From: Candidatus Nanoarchaeia archaeon
GTDB taxonomy: Archaea; Nanobdellota; Nanobdellia; Tiddalikarchaeales; Tiddalikarchaeaceae
Length of the DNA: 64,000 nucleotides
NCBI GenBank assembly: GCA_041653395.1
Contig: JBAZFK010000004.1
Coordinates: 5,307-69,306, forward strand
Direction: 5' to 3'
The notes under the pieces are model-generated. The model worked only from the letters and a program-made list of their open reading frames with translations. It did not search any database and was not told where the DNA came from. Both the position numbers and the translations under genes were made by a program. Positions 56,768-64,000 of this stretch are shown here, in pieces (within the stretch, counting starts at the first letter, position 1; every line of letters starts with the position of its first letter).

Positions 56768-57253
56768 ATGGCAGCAGCTTTGGTTATTGGAAGATTCCAG
56801 CCTTTCCATAAAGGGCATGAATACTTAATAAATAAAGCGCTGAAAGAAAATAAGTTAGTCATTATTGCAGTTGGAAGCAGCCAAGAATCAAGAACCCGTA
56901 AAAATCCGTTCAATTTTTTTGAAAGGAAAAATATGATAAAATCATGCTTTAATAACTGCAGAATAATTTCCTGCCCTGACTATAAAAGCGACGAATCATG
57001 GGCAAACCATTTATTAAAATACAATTTTTGCGCTGTTTATTCAAACAATGAAAGAGTTAATGAAATATTTGATAATAAAAAGGTCAAAGTAAAAAAGGTA
57101 AAAGAATTGCCTAACATTTCATCAACACGAATAAGGACTATGATAATCAATAATGAACCTGAATACAAGAAATTAATCCCAAAAAATTGCCTAAAAATAA
57201 TGAAAGAAATAAATGCTGAAAAAGTAATAAAAGAATGTTTTAAAAATAATTAG
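56768..57253 (+). CDS. nadM: Nicotinamide-nucleotide adenylyltransferase (archaeal NadM type)
   Basis: VIGRFQPFHKGHEYLI is the (H/T)xGH nucleotidyltransferase motif in the archaeal NMNAT context. Length is 161 aa. Confidence 0.8.
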   Translation: MAAALVIGRFQPFHKGHEYLINKALKENKLVIIAVGSSQESRTRKNPFNFFERKNMIKSCFNNCRIISCPDYKSDESWANHLLKYNFCAVYSNNERVNEIFDNKKVKVKKVKELPNISSTRIRTMIINNEPEYKKLIPKNCLKIMKEINAEKVIKECFKNN

Positions 57254-57268
57254 TAATTATTTATCCTT

Positions 57269-58234
57269 GTGAAGGTTTTAATACTTGGAGCAGGAGGATT
57301 CATAGGTTACCACATAACCAATGAATTCTTAAAAAATGGTTTTGAAGTCACAGCCCTTGAATTATATGAGCCAAAAAAAGATTTTTTCAAAAAAATTGTT
57401 AAAATAATAATAAAAGATTTGTCAAAAATTTCAGACAATGAGGCAATAAATTTAATCAAAGGAAATGATTATGCAGTCTTTGCAGGAGGAATTGATGACA
57501 GGGCACTTTTAAAAAAGCCAGCATATAAAATTTTCAAAAGCGCTAATGTAGATTTTGCAGTAAGGTTTTTAAGATTATGCAAGAAAGCAGGAGTAAAAAA
57601 AGCAGTAGTTCTTAACTCTTATTTTTCATACTTTGACAAAATATTGCCTGAAATGAAGTTAGCCAAGATTCACTCCTATATTAAAAGCAGGGTTGAGCAA
57701 AGGCAAGCAGGATTGTCATTATCAAGCAAAGATTTTAAAGTTATAATATTAGAGCTTCCCTACATTTTTGGCACTGCTCCAGGCAAAAAAATATTATGGG
57801 AAGGTTTAATAAAATATGTTAATGCTTGGCCAATATTGTTTTTCACTAATGGAGGCACTGCAATGGTCAGTGTTTCAAATGTTGCTAAAGCTGTTTTTAA
57901 TTCAATAAAATACTCTAAAGAAAGTTTAGCAATGCCTGTTTATACAGAAAATGTCACATGGAAAGATTGGATTAGCAGGATTTTAGAATTCAGCAACAAG
58001 AAACCAAAAACAATCATTGTTGTGCCTAAATTTTTGGCAAAAATAGGCGCATTCTTTTTGAAAACATGGCATTCTATTAAAGGATTAGAGAGCGGGCTAG
58101 AGCCAGTTAATTATGTTGATTTTCAGTATATGAATTCATTTGTCACTGACACTTCATGCGAATCAATACTTAAAATAAAAAAAGAGTCAATTAATGAATC
58201 TTTAAAGGAGACTGTGAAATCATGCCTAAAATGA
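57269..58234 (+). CDS. NAD-dependent epimerase/dehydratase family protein (extended SDR)
   Basis: The N-terminal Rossmann motif is VLILGAGGFIGYHI. Confidence 0.6.
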   Translation: MKVLILGAGGFIGYHITNEFLKNGFEVTALELYEPKKDFFKKIVKIIIKDLSKISDNEAINLIKGNDYAVFAGGIDDRALLKKPAYKIFKSANVDFAVRFLRLCKKAGVKKAVVLNSYFSYFDKILPEMKLAKIHSYIKSRVEQRQAGLSLSSKDFKVIILELPYIFGTAPGKKILWEGLIKYVNAWPILFFTNGGTAMVSVSNVAKAVFNSIKYSKESLAMPVYTENVTWKDWISRILEFSNKKPKTIIVVPKFLAKIGAFFLKTWHSIKGLESGLEPVNYVDFQYMNSFVTDTSCESILKIKKESINESLKETVKSCLK

Positions 58235-59217
58235 AAGTAATGATTACAGGAGGTGCAGGAAGATTAGGCAATGTTTTGGCAAGGGAATTACTGAAAAAAA
58301 AGTATGAAGTAAATATTCTTTCTTTACCGGGCTCAAAAAATGATTCATTAAAAGGCTTGAAAGTCAAAATTGTTGAAGGAAACATTTTAGACGTTGAAGG
58401 CCTGAAAAAATCATTCAAAGGAATGGACCAAGTTTACCATTTGGCTGCAATGATTAGCATAGTTTCATATGACAGGGAAAAAGTCTTCAAAGTTAATGTC
58501 CAAGGAACAAATAATGTGATTACTGCATGCTTGGATTCAAAAGTCAAAAGATTAATTTATGTTAGCACTATTCATGCATTAGATGATTCTAAGAAAAAAA
58601 TAATTGATGAGACAGTGGGGTTTAATATTTTGACTCATAGGGGTAATTATGACCAATCCAAAGCCCAAGCATCAGTTAATATACTAAAAGCAGCGAAAGA
58701 AAAGGGCTTGGATGCTATTATTATTTGCCCTACAGGGATAATAGGGCCGTACGATTATGAGGTTTCTTTTTTTAGCCAATACATCCAAGAGTATGTCAAT
58801 AAGAAATTGTATTTTTTTATTGATGGTAGCTATGACTTCGTTGATGTCAGGGATGTAGCTAAAGGCATGGCTGAATTAGGAATCAAGGGAGAAAAAGGAG
58901 AAATATATTTATTATCAGGTGAGAATGTGCAGATTAAAGAATTTAATAACATCCTTTTTAAAGAAACTAGAATACCTAAACCTGTAAAAATTCCATATTT
59001 CTTATCCTATTTTTTCTCTTTCTTCACCCAAGCTTATTATAAGCTAACAAAGAAAATACCAGTAATTACTCCTTATTCGCTTTCAACCCTAAGAATTAAT
59101 TCAAAAATTTCGCACAAAAAAGCAACTGATTTAATAAATTACGCTCCAAGAAGCTTCAATGAATCCTTCATTGACCAGATAAGGTGGATGAAAAAGAAAG
59201 GAATAATCAAGTATTAA
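58222..59217 (+). CDS. NAD-dependent epimerase/dehydratase family protein (extended SDR). Tandem with the upstream SDR.
   Basis: VMITGGAGRLGNVL, then a YxxxK region (YDQSK). Confidence 0.65.
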   Translation: MPKMKVMITGGAGRLGNVLARELLKKKYEVNILSLPGSKNDSLKGLKVKIVEGNILDVEGLKKSFKGMDQVYHLAAMISIVSYDREKVFKVNVQGTNNVITACLDSKVKRLIYVSTIHALDDSKKKIIDETVGFNILTHRGNYDQSKAQASVNILKAAKEKGLDAIIICPTGIIGPYDYEVSFFSQYIQEYVNKKLYFFIDGSYDFVDVRDVAKGMAELGIKGEKGEIYLLSGENVQIKEFNNILFKETRIPKPVKIPYFLSYFFSFFTQAYYKLTKKIPVITPYSLSTLRINSKISHKKATDLINYAPRSFNESFIDQIRWMKKKGIIKY

Positions 59218-59252
59218 CAAAATTTATAAAGATTTTTCTCTATTGATTACTT

Positions 59253-59687
59253 ATGTTTGAATTAGAAAAAAAATTAGAAAATATTATTTCTGAAGGATTT
59301 TTGCTTCATGGTTCAAGATTTAATATACAAAACAATTTTTTGGCACCAAATAATAAAAAAGAAGTTTTTGCAACCAATAATTATGAAATTGCTTTAATGA
59401 AAGCAATTGTTTCAAGTAATAATCTTAACTATCCTGGTTTAGTTTATCCTCTTTTCATAGATGAAAAAAATCCTTTGGAACTGCATATTTATGGAATGAA
59501 TCCAGACACTATTGGAAAAGAAGGTTATATTTATGTTGTTTCTAAAAAAAGTTTTAAAAATGAACCAAAAAATTCTTGTCAATATGTTAATAAAAATAAA
59601 AATGTTCCAATAATTGAAGTAATTAAAGTTTATAAGGATGATTTAAAAATTCCAATTTTTAATATTACTGAAACAAAAATACAATAA
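59253..59687 (+). CDS. Hypothetical protein (144 aa)
   Basis: ORF only. Confidence 0.3.
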   Translation: MFELEKKLENIISEGFLLHGSRFNIQNNFLAPNNKKEVFATNNYEIALMKAIVSSNNLNYPGLVYPLFIDEKNPLELHIYGMNPDTIGKEGYIYVVSKKSFKNEPKNSCQYVNKNKNVPIIEVIKVYKDDLKIPIFNITETKIQ

Positions 59688-59691
59688 TTTA

Positions 59692-61974
59692 TCAAGTATT
59701 AACATTTACTAAATCAAAATAATGTCCTTTAAGCTTCATTAATTCTTCATGAGAACCTTGCTCAATTATTCTACCTTTGTCCATTACGCAGATTATATCA
59801 GCATCCCTTATTGTTGATAATCTATGGGCAATTATTAAAGTAGTTCTGCCTTTGCTCATTTTTTTGATTGCTTTCTGTATTATTTTTTCAGTATAAGGGT
59901 CAATACTGCTTGTAGCCTCATCAAGAATCAATATTTTAGGGTCAATCATCAAAACTCTTGCAAAGCATATTAATTGCCTTTGCCCAATGCTCAGATTTGC
60001 TCCCATTTCCCTAAGCATAGTGTCATATTTTAAAGGCAGCTCTTTTATAAAATCATCAAGCCCAATGCTTTTTGTGATTTTCAGCATTTTTTGAGTTACT
60101 TTAGGGGCAATGTCAAGCCCGTAATAAAGGTTATAAAGTATTGTTCCTGAGAATAAAAAATTATCCTGAGGAACCATTCCAATAATGCTCCTTAACTCCT
60201 TTGTTTTAAACTCAGTAATATTAATGCCACCAATTTTTATAGTTCCAGAATTAATATCATAAAACCTTGTCAATAATTTTATAATTGTTGATTTTCCAGC
60301 GCCAGTCTCTCCAACAAAAGCAACTGTTTTTCCATCAGGAATCTTAATCGTTATGTTTTTCAGTACATTCTCTTTCTTTTTATTTATAAAGTCTTTATAT
60401 TCATCTATTGCTTTTTTGACATCATCGCTGAATTCTAAATAATCGATTTTTGGTATTTTCATACTTATAAGCAATTCAAGTATTTGAGTGTTTGTCAGCT
60501 GCTTGCTTTGCATTAATTCGCCTAATTTATTCATGTCAAATTGGCTGTCAAGCTTTAAAGACACATACTCTCCTCTAAGCCTTTTATCAAGCAGTTTTGC
60601 AAGCTCAATCGGAGTTAAATCCATGCTAACTTCTTTAGTCAGCTCATTCAGGATTATTTTTTTGTTGCTTTTGTTTCTAAACTTTGACAATAATGACATT
60701 TTTTCATCATTATCTAGCTCCATGAACCTTGTAAGAATCAACAGTTTCTTCTCATCATTAAAAGGGGCGATTATTTTAGCCATAATTATTTTATGCATAG
60801 GATTCAACTGATTAATCAAAACATTAGCATCTTTCTTGTTTTCTTCAGCCCTTGACTTATAGCTGAAGCTAACATTTTCAAACTCAATATTTGGATTAAT
60901 GCCTTTAATGCTTTTAGGAGTAGCTGTTTCCTTGATGCTGTTTTGCTCATGAAGTATTCCGTAAATTCTTTCAGCACTTGCTAAAGCGCTGTCGCTTATC
61001 TGCTTAAAAAATAAAAGCCCTATTATTGGAAAAATTAGCTGCGCCAAATACGAATTGAACGCGCTTAATTCCCCAATAGTTATAGTGCTTCCAAGCAAAG
61101 TGATGCCATTATTTATTAACCCGTATCCTGAATAAAGCAGTATCAAGCTCATGAATGAGTAAATGATGAATGTGAATATTGGAAACAAAAATCCCATTAT
61201 TTTTCCAGTCTTAAACATTGCCTCCCTGTTGTCCCAGTTTGCTTTGTCAAATTCTTCCTTGCTTTCTTTTTCCCTGCCATAAGCTTTTATAACTTTCATT
61301 CCGCTAATATTTTGCTCAATCACTTGCGTTACTTTACTTATTTTTTTCCTAGTTTCCTTGAATGCATTTCTTAATAAGTTGCCTAAAAATAAGATTATAA
61401 CCAATAATAAGGGTATTATTAAGACGGAGATTACTGTAAGTTCCCAGTTAAGATTTATCATCAATAAGATGATGATTATTGCCTTGAACGCATTGACAAG
61501 CATTAAAGCCATTTGCCCCCCAAAAACCATGTTAAGCTGGTCAATGTCATTTGTTGCAATGCTAATTATATCTCCATTGTTATGTGCTTCAAAATATTCC
61601 ATGCTCATATTCTGAATATTCTTGAACAAATCAAGCCTTATTTTTTGTATTATTTTTGTGCCATATTTTCCTAAAAAATAATTAATTATTAACGAGCCAA
61701 ATGCGCTAACCAAAAGCATTGATAAATAAATTAATGAAAAATTCGTGGTTATTTCATTAGAGCCTTTCAGTATTCCATCATCTATGATTTTTTTCTGGAT
61801 ATTTGGCAAGAAAGCGTCAATTAATGTAAAAATAACCAGAAATGCTAGCATGATTATGAAAATTTTTTTGTAATTTTTCAAGTAATTTATCATCCAAGCC
61901 CATAAAATATTATCAGTAAGCTTCCCGCTCCTTTTTGCATTCCCTTCAGCAGCCATATGCATTGGTCCAGGCAT
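59692..61974 (-). CDS. ABC exporter subunit (fused TMD-NBD, type I exporter fold) carrying a ~140-aa insertion inside the NBD between the first beta-strand and the Walker A motif
   Basis: Six-TM exporter domain. In the NBD, IEFENVSFSY is separated from VLKNITIKIPDGKTVAFVGETGAGKST (Walker A) by a charged helical insert. The LSIGQRQ signature, Walker B ILILDEATS and the H-loop are present. Confidence 0.8.
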   Translation of the reverse strand: MPGPMHMAAEGNAKRSGKLTDNILWAWMINYLKNYKKIFIIMLAFLVIFTLIDAFLPNIQKKIIDDGILKGSNEITTNFSLIYLSMLLVSAFGSLIINYFLGKYGTKIIQKIRLDLFKNIQNMSMEYFEAHNNGDIISIATNDIDQLNMVFGGQMALMLVNAFKAIIIILLMINLNWELTVISVLIIPLLLVIILFLGNLLRNAFKETRKKISKVTQVIEQNISGMKVIKAYGREKESKEEFDKANWDNREAMFKTGKIMGFLFPIFTFIIYSFMSLILLYSGYGLINNGITLLGSTITIGELSAFNSYLAQLIFPIIGLLFFKQISDSALASAERIYGILHEQNSIKETATPKSIKGINPNIEFENVSFSYKSRAEENKKDANVLINQLNPMHKIIMAKIIAPFNDEKKLLILTRFMELDNDEKMSLLSKFRNKSNKKIILNELTKEVSMDLTPIELAKLLDKRLRGEYVSLKLDSQFDMNKLGELMQSKQLTNTQILELLISMKIPKIDYLEFSDDVKKAIDEYKDFINKKKENVLKNITIKIPDGKTVAFVGETGAGKSTIIKLLTRFYDINSGTIKIGGINITEFKTKELRSIIGMVPQDNFLFSGTILYNLYYGLDIAPKVTQKMLKITKSIGLDDFIKELPLKYDTMLREMGANLSIGQRQLICFARVLMIDPKILILDEATSSIDPYTEKIIQKAIKKMSKGRTTLIIAHRLSTIRDADIICVMDKGRIIEQGSHEELMKLKGHYFDLVNVNT

Positions 61975-63740
61975 TACTTATCAACCCCCTTTTTTAATTC
62001 TAACTCAGCTTCTTTTTGCTTTTGGTGCAGGGTATTATAAATATTAGTATAAATCATGTTTTTATTATATAATTCTTCATGGTTTCCGAGCCCTATAATT
62101 TCTCCTTTATCCATTAAGATTATTTTGTTTGCATTTTTCAGATTGCTGACTCTTTGGGTTATGACAAAGCTTGTCCTGTTTATCATCAAATATTCTAATG
62201 CTTTCTGAATCTTGTATTCAGTTTCAGTGTCAACAGCGCTTGTGCTGTCATCAAGAATCAATATTTTAGGATTAAGTATTAAAGCTCTTGCAATCGAAAT
62301 CCTCTGCTTTTGCCCGCCGCTTAAGCTGCTTCCTCTTTCTCCTACAATTGTTTCATAACTTTCCGGCAAAGTCACTATGAAATCATGAATATTTGCATGC
62401 TTGGCTGCGCCAATCACTTCATCCAAGCTAGCATCAGGCTTTCCAAACCTGATATTGTCAGCTATGCTGATATTAAATAAAAACACTTCCTGGCTGCAGA
62501 ATCCTATCTGGCTTCTTAAATTGCTAATATTATAGTTTTTAACATTAATATTATCAATTAATATTGCCCCTTTTGTTGCATCATAATACCTTGGTACAAG
62601 ATTAATCAGGGAAGTTTTTCCGCTGCCAGTTGTTCCTATAACTGCTATTGTCTGGCCAGCCAAAGCTTTAAAATTAATGTTTTTCAGGACTAATGATTCT
62701 TTCATGTAACCAAAATTAACATTCTTGAATTCAACATCCCCTTTTATTGCATGACTCTTCGCATTGCTGCTATCTTTTATATCAGCTGCTGTTTGTATGA
62801 TTTCATTAACCCTTTTAAGGCTCGCGCCTGATTGAACAAAATCAATTATGAACTGGCTTAGATTATTAAGCGGCATTGCAAGCATTGCCATATAAGCTAT
62901 GAATGCCAAAAGAGTTCCAATATCTGATTCATTGCTTATTACCTTATACCCTCCGTAAATAAGAGAAAAAACAATCAATATATTCACAAGTATTCTTGTG
63001 CTGTAAACCATTATGCTTTGCCATTTTATTGCCTCAACAGTGTCTTTTTTGAAGGCTTCATTTTTTTTGTTGAATTTATCAAGCTCCCTTTTCTCCGAAT
63101 TAAATATTCTTACAACGCTTGCCCCAATAAGATTCTCCCGTATTATTGTAGTAAGCTTCCCGAAATTTTCCCTTGAGCTAATAAACGGCTTGCTTAACTT
63201 GTTGTAAGAAAAAAATATTATCAAGAAATAAACAAAAAGCGAGATTAATAATACATAAATTGAGGAGTTTATTGTAAGCATTGCACCAATCATAACTCCT
63301 ATAAGAGTTATTATTGCGCTGATAAAAGTGATAACTCCCCTTGTAAAAACCTGATTCGCATTCTCTATATCACTTGTGGTTCTGGAAACCAAATCTCCTA
63401 TTTCTTTATTGTCAAAAAAGCCAAAGCTTTGGTTATTTATGCTTTCATACAAATCTTTTCTGATATAATACTGCGCCTTCGTGCCAGCACTTGAAGTAAA
63501 ATACCTGCTTATTCCTTCAAAGAAGCTCCCTAAACTTGCGCAAGCTATAGCAATCACGAACCATAAGAGTAATTTTGAAAAATCAAGATTGTTTTTAGTT
63601 ATTTCATTAATAACTGTTTTACTAATTAAAGGAATGCTTAAAGTGAAGGCCGAGCTTAGGATTAAAAGAAACACTGCAGTAAAAAACTCTTTTTTGCTTT
63701 TCATGACATATTTTAGCACTATGGAAAAATTGTTAGTCAT
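61974..63740 (-). CDS. ABC exporter subunit (fused TMD-NBD). Partner of 59692-61974 and likely forms a heterodimer with it.
   Basis: Walker A GTTGSGKTS, signature LSGGQKQR, Walker B ILILDDSTS. The two genes overlap by 1 nt. Confidence 0.85.
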   Translation of the reverse strand: MTNNFSIVLKYVMKSKKEFFTAVFLLILSSAFTLSIPLISKTVINEITKNNLDFSKLLLWFVIAIACASLGSFFEGISRYFTSSAGTKAQYYIRKDLYESINNQSFGFFDNKEIGDLVSRTTSDIENANQVFTRGVITFISAIITLIGVMIGAMLTINSSIYVLLISLFVYFLIIFFSYNKLSKPFISSRENFGKLTTIIRENLIGASVVRIFNSEKRELDKFNKKNEAFKKDTVEAIKWQSIMVYSTRILVNILIVFSLIYGGYKVISNESDIGTLLAFIAYMAMLAMPLNNLSQFIIDFVQSGASLKRVNEIIQTAADIKDSSNAKSHAIKGDVEFKNVNFGYMKESLVLKNINFKALAGQTIAVIGTTGSGKTSLINLVPRYYDATKGAILIDNINVKNYNISNLRSQIGFCSQEVFLFNISIADNIRFGKPDASLDEVIGAAKHANIHDFIVTLPESYETIVGERGSSLSGGQKQRISIARALILNPKILILDDSTSAVDTETEYKIQKALEYLMINRTSFVITQRVSNLKNANKIILMDKGEIIGLGNHEELYNKNMIYTNIYNTLHQKQKEAELELKKGVDK

Positions 63741-63952
63741 TCTTTAATCTCCTCTATTTTTTTTAAAATTCCAGTAATTTTTTCCTTAAAGCTGTTAAAA
63801 TCAATCAAAAGCAGAGAATCATGCTTTTTTTTAAGCACCAAGAACTTGTCACCTTCAAAGATGTTGTGCTCTTGTCTTAATTTTTTAGGAAGAACTATTT
63901 GTCCGCTATCCTGCACCTTATTTTTTTCATAAATAGTTGAAATTTTTTTCAT
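63737..63952 (-). CDS. AbrB/SpoVT-like swapped-hairpin DNA-binding protein
   Basis: SGQIVLPKKLRQEHNIFEGDKFLV matches the AbrB/MazE-type domain. It lies directly upstream of, and overlaps, the ABC exporter pair. Confidence 0.5.
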   Translation of the reverse strand: MKKISTIYEKNKVQDSGQIVLPKKLRQEHNIFEGDKFLVLKKKHDSLLLIDFNSFKEKITGILKKIEEIKE

Positions 63953-64000
63953 AAACTCGGGCTGCTCGCTTTTGAAGATAAAAATTCCTCTGCACTCTTT

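Noticed and set aside
1-64000. CRISPR arrays, cas genes, transposases, integrases or prophage genes
   Set aside because: No regularly spaced direct repeats and no recognisable recombinase or transposase motifs anywhere in the window. The only repeats are the 31-nt tRNA-tail duplicate and the 60-nt endA-associated pair.

Overview
This 64 kb window is AT-rich (roughly 30% GC) and is almost certainly from a small-genome archaeon, probably a DPANN-type lineage. The evidence is archaeal-type markers, all recognised by motif reading: ribosomal protein S17e, Holliday junction resolvase Hjc, endonuclease NucS, tRNA-splicing endonuclease EndA, archaeal-type LeuRS, ThrRS and PheRS alpha/beta, AMP phosphorylase, NMN adenylyltransferase, and a tRNA carrying an intron. 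Gene density is high on both strands. No CRISPR array, transposase or integrase was recognised.

Layout of the window:
- 1-15.3 kb: a surface-glycan / nucleotide-sugar biosynthesis island. It contains a GT2 fragment, an AsnB-type amidotransferase, a methyltransferase, two tandem GalU-like genes, UDP-glucuronate decarboxylase, two NikR-type RHH-nucleotidyltransferase fusion paralogs, two phosphoglucomutase/phosphomannomutase paralogs, a GlmU-like enzyme, GtrA, and a GT39/ArnT-like membrane glycosyltransferase.
- 15-25 kb: housekeeping genes (AMP phosphorylase, S17e, leuS, thrS). tRNA-Trp(CCA) here carries a 47-nt intron and a duplicated 3' tail.
- 25.8-31.5 kb: two large secreted surface proteins, followed by a 1.9 kb two-gene cassette (NrtR-like Nudix regulator and HD-domain hydrolase). 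The cassette is bounded by 60-bp direct repeats that duplicate the 5' end of endA.
- 31.4-37.8 kb: endA, a beta-CASP metallo-beta-lactamase nuclease, a canonical C/D box sRNA, a secreted Lon-like S16 peptidase, a radical SAM protein and an MgtC-like membrane protein.
- 37.8-41.1 kb: a 1010-aa protein with three cytoplasmic zinc ribbons, one TM helix and a very cysteine-rich extracellular region, plus a small SWIM zinc-finger protein.
- 41-47 kb: nucS, pheS, pheT, hjc and an archaeal ogg.
- 47.4-52.4 kb: a six-gene co-directional cluster (nucleotidyltransferase, APH-family kinase, two ABC-2 permeases, ABC ATPase, SdpI/DUF1648 membrane protein) that resembles a resistance/immunity module.
- 52.4-64 kb: tRNA-His(GUG) and tRNA-Gly(CCC), thioredoxin, argS, two SDR epimerases, and a heterodimeric ABC exporter pair preceded by an AbrB-like regulator. 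One exporter has a ~140-aa insertion in its ATPase domain.
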